This document shows positions 37,601 to 48,351 of a stretch of DNA of 64,000 nt, piece by piece. The stretch lies in NCBI GenBank assembly GCA_008632985.1, contig QPGO01000034.1, positions 139,311-203,310 on the forward strand, in the 5' to 3' direction. The position numbers were made by a program, and so were the translations under genes. Position 1 is the stretch's first letter; each line of letters starts with the position of its first letter. This DNA is from Psammoneis japonica. Its lineage: Eukaryota. The notes beneath the pieces were generated by a model. It was not told where the DNA came from. It did not search any database and saw only the letters and a list, made by a program, of their open reading frames with translations.

Positions 37601-40600
37601 TGTTTCCCTTTGCTCCGCATGAAACACTGGGACACCACCCTTCCCCAGCTGGGACGCCAAAGAAACAGCAACAAGTGCTCCAAGCCAAGAGTGATGGAAA
37701 AGCGTCATTCATTCGGGCTGTCCCTCTAGACCGGACCGAATTGTGGAGATGCCACCATGCATGTCATTTGCCGTCGATGTCTTTTGTTCTTGCTGACTCT
37801 CGCTTTGCTTCCAAAGTGCTGAAACAAATGCAGCAGCGCACTGTGAGAGTCATGTTCGCCAAATGTGGTTGCAACAGGAATGCAAAGTGCTTGATGCCAC
37901 ATGGCCCTCAATCTCTTGGTGGCAGTGGGTTTCATTCTCTTGACATGGAACAGGGAATTGCCCAAATGCAGCAGCTGTTGAAACATTCTCGAGGCGCACA
38001 GCATCTTGTTCAAGATGATCAACCATGCGCTGCAGCTCACATTGCAATTGCATGGAATCAGCTGCATTTGGGCACTGGGGTCAGCTTCCTCAGAGACGTT
38101 GACACTCCTCATCCACATGACCAGTCACTGTGGTTTGCATCAGTTCAGTCTTTTCTGCAGAGCATTGGAGGCTGCATTGCATTGTCCCAAGATGGAGTGC
38201 TCCCCTTGCAGAGAGTCAACAATCAGTTTTTAATGGATGTTGCTCTGGAGTCACAAGAATTCACTTGAGAGAAATCCGATGGATCAATTGTTGCCGCTTG
38301 TGTCTTCGGGTCCTGACAGTCTCAGACATCACTCTGGCAGACGGATGCTTCTTAGACGAATCCAAAGTCTACGGCGATCCCACTTGCCTCAGCAGTGTCA
38401 GTGCCCTCAACAACGTCGAACAGATTGAACCTTGCCACCATGCATGGAGTCCTTGGATGCGGTCATGTGAGTTGTTGTGTCATCAAGACTCAGTTCGTTT
38501 GAAAGCTCCCTTGGGAGACTGGCTCGTGCCCCCTTCTGAAATGAGGATGCAATGTTCAGCGCATTGGTCTCCCAAAGAATCACACCCACACATTCGATCT
38601 CCATCAGGATTTGACATTTTTCCAGTCCAGGACACTGTTGCTGCGTCGCTGCGCCAAATCGAAACGGTTCCCTCCCCCTCTGATTCTTCATTCCCGGTTG
38701 AGATTGTCTCCACAGACGACAGCAGATGGAAACACATTCCTCATTGCCTGAAACTCTTGGTTGAAACAACTTCACCTGCACCTGATCTATTCACAGACCG
38801 CTTGCAAGCATTGCCTCCCTGGGAGTCCTCTCTCTTTTCAGACATTGATTTCCACATTCCCGTTTGTGAACTGATGGACTGTTTTGCATCAAGTCGCCTG
38901 GTTGCGGGCAGCGACGGATCCGCACTTCATCATGATGCAACCTTCGGATGGACGATTGCATTCAATGGCAGACCCTTGGTGGATTGTGCTGGTCCGGTGT
39001 CTGGTCGTTTGCCATCATCCTGTTGAGCTGAGGCTCACGGTTTTCTCTCCCTGATTTGGTTCATCTATCGTCTGATGGAGTTTTGCAAGATGTCAATGTA
39101 TGAAGGTGTCAACAACTGGTGTGACAACAAGGCCTTGGTCTGTGTCCTTTCCAGATTGTCTTCCAGCCACCTGTCCATCAACCCGTCGCCACAAGAGCAT
39201 TCCGACAGAGACTTTTGTCTGTGACAACATGATGCCAATGTTCTTTCATCTGACTGGGATGTTGTCAATGAAATGCACTTAACGCTCAAAGCCATTCCTC
39301 AGGCTCTAAATCCTTCTTCCCCCGGGCAGGCACCATCCACAGCTTGGGCAAAAGGACACCAGGATGGACAAGCTCCAGTGGAGACCCTCCCACTGAATGC
39401 ACAAGTCAATGTACATGCAGATGGGTTGGCAGGAAGATGCCAAGGACAACATGATGCAGACACAATGGAGGTGCTTCCCTTTCCCCATTGTCAATCATGC
39501 CTTTGCCTCACTGATGGAATGGTCACTGCAGGAATGAAATCCATGGTCAGACATGCCACAATGGCTCCTGCTCTCTTGGCATGCATTCGGGAAAGAAACG
39601 ATTGGGATGAATCCATCACAGAAAAGATTGACTGGAAGGTCCATGCAACATTGGTGTGCAGGTGCTCCAAGAAACAAGCATCCACGGTTAAACTCATCCA
39701 CGACCTCCTTCCAACAAACAAGATCACTCATCAGCACAATCCTGTGTGGCCACATCACTGCCTCACGCGCAAACACCCTGTGGAGGATCGCGACCACATT
39801 TTAAGATGCCCTGCCAACGAGGCCTGGCATCGCAAATTCCCACAGGGCGGGCAAAAACACTGTGACAAAATTGACAAAATGCCACCTCTGCACGATCCAC
39901 TGCTGACTTCCCTTGAGACATGGCTGAGAGGTGAGATGCAGCATGAATCAGACATCACCCCAATGCTGCGAATGCCATGGAAAGCCCAGTCAGAAATGGG
40001 ATGGCGACAAGTTTTTAACGGACGGCACTCTGCCCTTTGGAGTGTGTTTCAGGAGATGCATCTTCGTGAGACGGGTCTGTTGGAGAAATGTGGGAAAGAG
40101 AATCGACCTCCTCCAGTGTGGGGAGTGCAGACAGGAACTTGCATTTGGAAGTCCTGGTGGGAACTGTGGGAAGAACACAATCAGGAGGTTCATGGTCATG
40201 ATGCAGATTCAAGGAAATCATCTTTACGACGTCAGGCAGAAGCTGAGCTCACAGCTGTTTGCAACAAAAGACAGGATCATTTGGCCAAAGACAGAGAGGT
40301 GCTGCTGGATTCAGCAGACAACCACATGACCCACTCTACACTGCGGATTGTGAATTGGGTTGCTGTGGTTAAACCACGTCCAAAAGAAAGCCGAAGAAGG
40401 CAAAGCGCGAGGCGCTTTGTGGTGCTCGCTCCATTGCAAGCTATTTTGGATGGGTGTCATCTCATGGTGACGCCCCTTCCAGCTGATCCCAAGAAGCTTC
40501 TGCCACACTTGACGGTGCACTGGAAGTGTGGGTCAGCCGGCGCCCGCTTGGCTGGCAAAGGAGTGACAGCACTTTAAACACAGATCTGGTTTTTTTTTTC

Positions 40601-42200
40601 CTCCCACTCGTCAGTTTTGCTGCTGTTGTGTTCCTCCACCTCGTCCAAACAGCCCTCAAAACAATCCATTGCCTCCCACTGTTGGATGGCATCCAGAATT
40701 CCTTCATGCTCGTCATCCTCAAATGATGTGGATCAAGAAGTGAAGCCTCATTCCTTTTGCATGCACTTGGCAGTTCCAGAGTGGCTGAGGGTTCATTGAG
40801 CTCAATGTTGGCAATTGCAATTTGCTTGAGCAACACTCTTGTCTCACATTCATCAGCATCACCGGGAGTGCACCATCCTCTGGCCCTTGGAACAGGGTTG
40901 AGACATGTTCCCTTGCAATCCCATTCACTGGCCTCAACAGTTGTGGGTGGGTCAAACTCTGTCCACACCTCATCCTCCTGTGCTTTGTGGGGGAGTTCAT
41001 CCCATTGCAGCAGACAAAAGCCCTCCTCAGATTCACAAGACAATGCAGCATGGCTGTTTAGAACAATTTCCTTGGCCATTTCCTCAGTCAGGAAGTCCAA
41101 CACAGATTTGTCAACCAACTGCACCTTGTTGGCGTCACTCTCATCTGTTTGAATCACCTGACACACTTGCCATTGTTCAGCCCCTCAAAATGGGCCACAG
41201 TTTGCAAGCTCAGTTGCCACCTGCATGTTCTGGCTGCTCTGTTGGCTTGACGTGTTTTTCACCCAAGGCCATTTGAGCTCACCCAGGCAGGCTTCACAAG
41301 CACAAGGAATTCTTTGCATGGCAACCCAACCAATGGGGAAAAGAGGTTCAAATTGGAAATGGTGCAAGGCTCTGATGCCACAATGGCGTGTGTGCACTTG
41401 CACCAATCCAGTCAACTTGACTTTGATTAAAGAGCCAAGAACTCCATCAGCTTCCTGCAGACAATGCACCCTTTCTGTTGACTTTTGAAGGGATTCCCTC
41501 TTGGCATGTTTCCTGTTGCCAACTGCACCAAGAGCATTTTTTTCTTTGTGAGCAATTTGCAACATTCCTTGGCATGACTGTGTGCGACTACAATGCCATT
41601 GTCATCCATGACCAAAGCTTCAGGTCCAATTTTCCCATCCTCGTCATTGACTCCTGCAGCAGTTGTGGACTGCATTTCTCAATGCATGAGTGATTCAATG
41701 CAGGCTCCAATGCCATCAACCTTTCCTTTGCCATGTCCAGGTGCTCCAATGGCATGGTCAAACACAATGTTTTGCATTTGTGCATAAACACAGACAACAA
41801 GTGCAGCGCCAAAGCACATCAGCACTGTTTGGCACAACCACAGGTGTGATCCCAAATCACAAGCCATGCCTGACACAGGTTGTGGGATTTTAACCAGATG
41901 ACAAACTTTTCTAAGTGAGCATGGGTGGTGGTGGCATCTTGCTTGCTGAAAGAGTCAGAGAGATGCGCACGATGTGTTTTCTGAAGCACATTGTCAACCA
42001 TGATTGCATCGCAAACTCTTCCTTCAATTGACAATGTTTGGCGTGGGCCCCTTGCTCTTGCAAATGCCAAGAAAATGATGACAGCAAAAGATGGAATGTC
42101 CAGCACACATTGCTGCGCAGCATTGGGCATGCCAGCATTTTTTGCAACAGCCGTCTTCTCAAACAGCCTTGGCGTGCGGCTTTTCGCAGCTCTTGTTCAA
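34650..42200 (-). mobile_element. Degenerate Sola2-like DDD transposase gene interrupted by the LINE
   Basis: Motifs TLSIEG, HLSDSFSKQDATTTHAH, IWDHTCGCAKQC*CA and FDHAIGAPGHGKGKVDGIGA. The acidic C-terminal frame continues across the LINE. Superfamily call rests on the recalled DGC..QY / HGKG..DG.G signature. Confidence 0.65.
34914..40599 (+). mobile_element. 5'-truncated Ambal-like non-LTR retrotransposon (APE endonuclease, RT, RNase H, CCHC) flanked by a 14-bp TSD
   Basis: APE: PGGT, DPLGQWS, LFGDFN, SDHH. RT: MIFKEPGNNKIHRLRVIHMHEAD, TSCCDR, ICGAGQGSGNSP, GHADD. RNase H: GSDGS, SSC*AEAHG, WCDNKAL, AKGHQD. Zinc knuckle: EDRDHILRC. TSD cctcccactc(a/g)tca at 34900-34913 and 40600-40613. Confidence 0.9.
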
Positions 42201-45120
42201 GCAGCCACTGCACACTGACTTCTGGCAGCTTTCAATCAAAGCAACATGCTGCACTGCTGCACATTCTCCTCATGCCAGCTGCACTTTTCTCTTTCTGTGT
42301 CACAGCCTTGCCCAAGTGTTGCCACACTCTGACCTGCGCTGCCTTGCCAAACATGATGAGCAGGAAGACTTTGTTTGTGCAGCAGCACACACACTGAGCA
42401 GGCCAGCAGTCAAGAGCTGAGCAGCAGAGCAGCAACCTTGGTTGGCAGCAAGCCTCTTTTGTGCCCACTTGTGGGAGATTTGAGACAGCATCAACAAAAG
42501 GTGTTGGGTGGAGCGCTGCTGCAGTTTTCTTTGTTTGCCATCATCGCGAGCATCAAATTCTCTCTGCCAAGCAGCACACAGCAATGTTGTGTGGACTGCT
42601 GTCTCTGCTGTTTGGACTGCATTGTGGTTTTTCCACCCTCTCAATCATGGACCAGTTGGTGCCTTGCCTCCCAGCATGAGCACTTGAGCTCAAAATCATC
42701 ATCTTTGCAAAGTTGCAAACAAAATGATGCAAATCAACTTAGAATCAACAGAGTGCATCACAGTCAAGAGAGGCACATCTTGATGAGAGAACAACACCAG
42801 CTCTTTGGCAAAAAAGGGGCAAGACAGCTCACTTGTGTGCCAGCATTTTGCCACTGTCTGTCATTGGGAAGGGTCATTTTCAACAGTGATGCTGCTGGCT
42901 GTTGGCTCCATGCATGAAGGAGAGGGCTTTTGGCATGGTGCACAGCTTCTTTTGAGCTCTTGCAAAAAAAAAGCTGCAAATGGGGCACTGCTCTTTTGCC
43001 AAGAGCAGATCAGAGGGTTTTAGAAGCTCAAGAAGATCATCCTCTGCCAGATGATCATGGCCAAAGTCACGACCAAAATGAAGTGTGGACCAACTCAAAA
43101 TCAACAGATTGCATCATGGCCAAGAGGAGAGGTGCATCTTGACAGGAACAACAGTGGCTTGGCAAAAGAGGAACAAGACAGCCCACTTGTGTGCCAGCAT
43201 TTTGCTGCTGTGTCTGTTTTTGGGGAGGGCCATTTTTGTCAATGAGGCTGCTGGCTCCACACATGAGGGAGAGGGTTTTTGGTGTGGCACACAGCTTCTT
43301 TTGAGCTCTTGCAAAAAGAGGCCTGCATGTGGGGCACTGCTCTTTTGCCAAGAGCAGAGATCAGAGGGTCTTGGAAGCTTGGGAAGATCCCCTGCCAGAT
43401 GACAACAACTTCTTGTGGGACAAATGCAAAAGAAGCCTGAGCTGCAGCAGAGCAGCTTTGGCATCTCTCTCAGCAGCAGCAGCAGCAGCAGCAAAATTGA
43501 AGGGAGGAGATGATGTTTTTACCCCAGCTTGCAAAATGCAAGCAGCACCAAGAGTTGGAAAAATGACGTGGCACAGATTGAGAAGTGAGTGCTGGAGTTG
43601 AGTCAACGTGCCATTCGTGACAAAATGCCATGCCCAAAGTCCAACACATTGCCTTTGAAGGAGCCCTTTGTTGCTGCTTTTTGCAACAACTCAGCATGTC
43701 AACAGCACAACTCCTCATGCTCCCCTGTGTCTCTGGCAGTTCTCAGCAGTGTGGCTGCTGTTCTGTCAAATGCCAACAAAATTGTGATGGCAGCAACAGA
43801 CAGAGTGTCCAGGGCACATTGCTGCACACCATTGGGTGCATTGGCATTTTTTGCACAGACCATCTGCTCAAACCTTGGGAGCTTTTGCAGTTTGTTTTTA
43901 ATTGAAAGCTCTTGCAAACTTGCCCCCAGCTTCCAAAACAAGATGCTGTGCTGCCATGCATTCTCATGCTGCCGCTGTGCTTTTCATTTCCTGTGTTGTG
44001 GCCTTGTTCCAAAATGTTGCCACTCCCTGCCACACCAAACATGGCTGGGCAGACTTTGTTTGTGGCACACACACAAAACAGCCCTCACCCTGCACTGAAC
44101 AGACCAAGGGTCAAGAGCTGAGAGGCAACAGCCACCTTGATGATCAGCAGCAAGCCTCTTTCATTGTTGCTGGTGGGGAGGTTTGACAGCATCAAGGCAA
44201 GGTGTTGGGCCCACTGCACTCTGCTTCTTTGTTTGCCATCATTGCCAGCAGCATTGAGTTTGCTCTGCCAAGCATGCAGAGATGTTTGTGGAGGCCAACT
44301 GCCATCTCTGTTTGGACTGTGTGCTGTGGATTTTGCACCCACCACTCAATGGACCAGACAGTGCCCCCCCCCCCCCCGTGGGTGCTTGAGCTCCGCTTCT
44401 TGAGTGTCATCCAATGTGTTGCCAGGAGAGCAGGCAAACAGCCTCAATTTCCCCAAGTTCCTCAATGTCATCTGACCAGTCCCCAGACAACACTGGGCAA
44501 TGACAAGCTTGCAGCACAGGTGATTCTGGTTGCAGCAGTGTCAAGACTGCCCTGGCAAAGGACACTGGCTCTAAGGTGTTGGTCAAAAATTGCACAAATT
44601 CATCAAAGTTGGCAGCCATGCCCTCATCAAAATTCTGAAACAGGTGCCCCCGAATCCACTGCTGCCATGGCATCAAATGCATCAGAGCACTGAAATGCTG
44701 CTGCCACACCTTGAACATCAGATTCTCTCATCTGCAATGCAGGTGTGCACACAGCACACATGAGGAGTCCATTCAGCACATTGCTGCAGTTTGCCAGCAG
44801 AGGGCAAAGCACAAGTGCACCACATGTTTTGTGTGTTTGGCATTTGTCATTTTTTCATCAGCTGGCACACCATGCAGGCTTGTGTGTTGTGTGAGCACTG
44901 ATGTGCTGCTGCCTCAGTTGCTGCTCTTGCAATGTGCACCTTGGTGTGTGACAGATGACAAAACATCAGATTCTCTCAGCAACAATGTTGGTGCACACAT
45001 GAGTCCTTCGAGCATGTTGCTGCAGTCTGCTGAGGGGGGCAAAGCACAAACATGCCAAAAATTTTGTGCTTGGCGCATGTGCAGCTTTCCATCAGCTGGC
45101 ATGTGTGTGCTTTTGCACCT
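42200..45120. repeat. Cluster of diverged internal duplications
   Basis: ~357-bp tandem pair starting at 42732 and 43089. 42390-42690 resembles 44090-44400, and 44715-44880 resembles 44963-45110. Confidence 0.8.
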
Positions 45121-45819
45121 TCAGCAAGGTCTTCATTGTGGCCATCAGATGATGATGTGCTGTTGCCATTGTTGCACCTGCAATGGAAGAGAAAGTGTCT
45201 TGTCCAAGAACTGGAGTTGGCCCAGCCAGAGTCAATTTGGAGGTGCTGCAAAAGACACCACCAGTCTGCTGTGGAGGGCTCACAGCAGTCATGAACATGC
45301 ACATTGGCAAGGTGCTTGTGCACAGAAGCTTGAGGTCAGCACATGAAGCTCAGCAGCATCTTAAACAGCAATGTGGCAACCAGGTGAGCATCATGAAGTT
45401 TGTCTTGCTGTCACACTGTGGGCAAGAAACAAAAACTGATTTTTGATTCCAAGCCTTCAGATGTTGCCATTTTTCTTCTGTGTGTCTGGCACTGCTGCTT
45501 CAAAACCCAGCATGACTGGCCTGCATGCGGGCAATGCTTCAAGTTGTGATCTGCAGTCAAACATCCTTTCTGACAATCCCACAGGGCATGCTTGCAACAG
45601 AAGGGAGTTCCAGTGTCATGCACCAGTTTGCATGAACAACATTTCTTGGACGTGTCACTCAGCGGCATCCAGTGCAGCATTGTTGGTCATGCCATTTTTG
45701 GTCAGCAAGATGGTCATCTTGAAGAGTGGTTTTAGCAGCATCTTGTGAAATGGGGGGTCAGCACATTGTCTTGGCATGTGGCACTGAAGATTGCTCGGTG
45801 TTTCTTGGTGCTGCTGCAA

Positions 45820-46750
45820 AGGAACAAACCAGTGCCATCTTTCCCACTGAGGATGTCTGGAGCCAATTTGTGAAGATGGGTGCATGCCCCCCTGGGGCAT
45901 TGATGACCAAATCCAGCTGCACAGTGATGCTTGTTCTTGCACAATTCATGAAGTCGCAAACTTCTGAGCGAGGCTTTTGCAAGTTGTCCGCAAGCTTTGC
46001 ACAGCAATCATGCAGAGCATTGCCTTGGCTTCCTTGCCAAGCAGACAATCACATGATGTGACAAATGGTGTGAAGTGACATCATTGGTGAAGACAAGGCT
46101 TGAGATTCTTGCATCTCTTTTGCTCATGATCCGCCAGAACCTGTTCTGGTGTCTTGGGTTGATGTGATGTTGCACCCCACTTCTGGAGCACCAACATCAA
46201 CCACCACATCTGGCTTTTTGCCCCAGATTGCACTCTGGAACAACTGGAATGTTCTTGGAGTTGTCAACAGGATGACAACTTTGCTTGGGTCTGATGTTGT
46301 GCAGAGCAAGAAAGAACTTCTGAGCTGCTTGCTTGAAATTTTCCCGCTGCTGCTGAGTCATCAGCGCACCAAGAGGTGAGTGGGCATTTTGGGGAAATGA
46401 GCACTCATGTCTTGAGCTGGTTGCAGAAGAAGCCCCAGTCCATGTGGCTGCTGCAGTGTCATGCAGCCAACCCCAGCGGATCAACTTGGGCATTGCCACC
46501 TTCCCTGTTGCTGACTGAGCAAGAAGGCCACCTTGCGCCAAAGTGGCTGGGGACAACTGGAATGGCCCAATGATTGCAACAATTGAAAGCAGCAAAAAAT
46601 GGCCAAGCATGTCTCATGTCGTGAGCAACATCAAGGCCCTCCTGCCACTCAGCTCATCATTGAATCCATTGGGTGCATTGATGGGAAAACAGAAAAGTGC
46701 AGTCGTCTTTGAACTTGTGCTGCTCCCTGTTCCCAGAGCACATGCATCGC
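45820..46750 (-). mobile_element. Second, internally deleted CRE-like RLE retrotransposon remnant
   Basis: Fragments PINAPNGFNDE, RHAWP..AFNCCNHWA, REGGNAQVDPLG, KLADNLQKPRSEVC and SRHPQWE(K)DGTGL. Same C-terminus as the 15200-17480 element. Confidence 0.75.
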
Positions 46751-47137
46751 ACAAATGCCTCCTCCTTTGATGCCTGCTGATTTTTGTCTGGCACCAAGAG
46801 CCTCTTTGCTGTGAGAGCCCGATGGGCTGCCGCCCATGGGGGAGATTCGTTGGCTGGCCAGTTTGTGAACATGCATCATGCATGGCGCCTCCCTGAGAGG
46901 CGCACACCTCTTGGCAGTGTTTTTCTTTTTGCACGCGTCTGCGGTTGCCGTAAAGTGTACGTAGGAATTAGTAATAATTTTGAAAGTACCAAGTTCCACG
47001 AATGTTCTACACACGAACACATGGTATTAATTCTACCAAGCTACACAAAAATGATAGTGATTGAGAAATTTAGCAACGGTCACGACACAAACAAAATCTC
47101 TCGGAAAGCGTTTCCTTTCGCGCTCGATTTTCGGTCA

Positions 47138-47429
47138 CAACTCGTCGTCTCGCACGATGTGTTGTTGTTTGCCAAGCCGGAAGCCGCAATCTCCAAGGAT
47201 GGCTCGCCCTTCCTCTGGATTGAGAGCTTGCTCTTGTTTGGCATTCCACAACTCATTTTGCTTGATGGTGTGTTGTCTCTCTTTTTCAACTCGTCGTCTC
47301 GCACGTTGTGTTGTTGTTCGCCAAGCTTGAATGCCGTAATCGCCAAGGATGGCTCGCCCTTCCTCTGGATTGAGCACTCGCTCTTGTTTGGTGCTCCACA
47401 ACTCATTTTGCTTGATAGCGTGTTGTCTC
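47138..47429. repeat. Direct repeat, 150-bp period, two copies
   Basis: caactcgtcgtctcgcacg...ccaaggatggctcgcccttcctctggattgag...gtgttgtctc at 47138 and 47288. Confidence 0.95.
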
Positions 47430-48351
47430 CAATCGGTAGCGTAGGTGTTGCCAGTTAAGTCCGGAGGTCGGGGCAAATCGAATGCGTCTCTCCGGCCTTG
47501 AGTCCATGTCACTCTCGTGTCTTTGAGCGTAGGAAGTTGTCCGTTCACTTGGTCAGTCAAGACCACGGCTGTTGAAACAGACAGTAAGTGTTCATCTGCA
47601 AAGCAGCAAGAGCTTGCCGAGCAGATCATACCGTTGATGGAACGCTGAATCGGGGTTTCGCCGTACCGGTGACACGGTAGCACGGTAAGCCTTCACTCGT
47701 AGGGAGTGAATGGCTTAGCAAGCGGTTGACTTGCAAGTTTTCTTGCTGTCTCCGTATTACGTCCCCCCTTTTTCTTTTTTTTTGGGTGATATTTCACTTT
47801 AAAGATACGAAAAAGCTTGAGCGCCATCTTTTGATGTTGCTCTTGAGGCATCACTACCCTACGCGACCGATTTCTATATCAACTTTTGACATTTGTGTGT
47901 TTCAAATTTTTGAAACACATTTTGAAACTTTTCCAATAGAAGTAGAAAGACTAATAGTACAATATAGCGATCTTTAGTTGCGTATAAGTTATTCCGTACG
48001 TACGTCAATGGACTACGATGACGGTCGTAGCGCTTGCGTTGTTGTTGCGTACTTTGATGTTGTCATTTCTATGTTTTGTACCATACCGCTCTCTTTTTCA
48101 GATGGGTTCCACGATGGGGTATTCGTTACCGGTACGGTATGCCCCGAGATGATATGTTGGCGCTGGTATCGCCTGCACGTTTTTTATGGATTCGTCGTGT
48201 TAGGGAGTTACAAGTGTTCTGCCGAACTGGCGGAGCAACAGAAGAATTTCGATTCTGAAGTAGCTAGCTAGAATACTCCCCAGAGACGAACGAAAAAGAT
48301 TCGAAATTCGTGAGTTTATTGATGTGACGGTACCACATCCTCCACTGGCTT

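Larger units (their letters stand above)
28530..46950. mobile_element. ~18-kb nested TE island, TpA/CpG-depleted
   Basis: Near-absence of TA throughout. Contains transposase, LINE and CRE-like remnants and several internal duplications. Confidence 0.85.

Noticed and set aside
36676..38268. Alternative genetic code or an active RT with a HADD catalytic motif
   Set aside because: Host genes use Tyr normally, the changes also hit cross-codon TA and Val codons, and the element has stops and frameshifts.
28530..46950. Dense overlapping Cys/His-rich ORFs in all six frames as novel metal-binding proteins
   Set aside because: Loss of TA removes TAA/TAG stops and Tyr codons and inflates TGY/CAY codons, so these ORFs are compositional artefacts.
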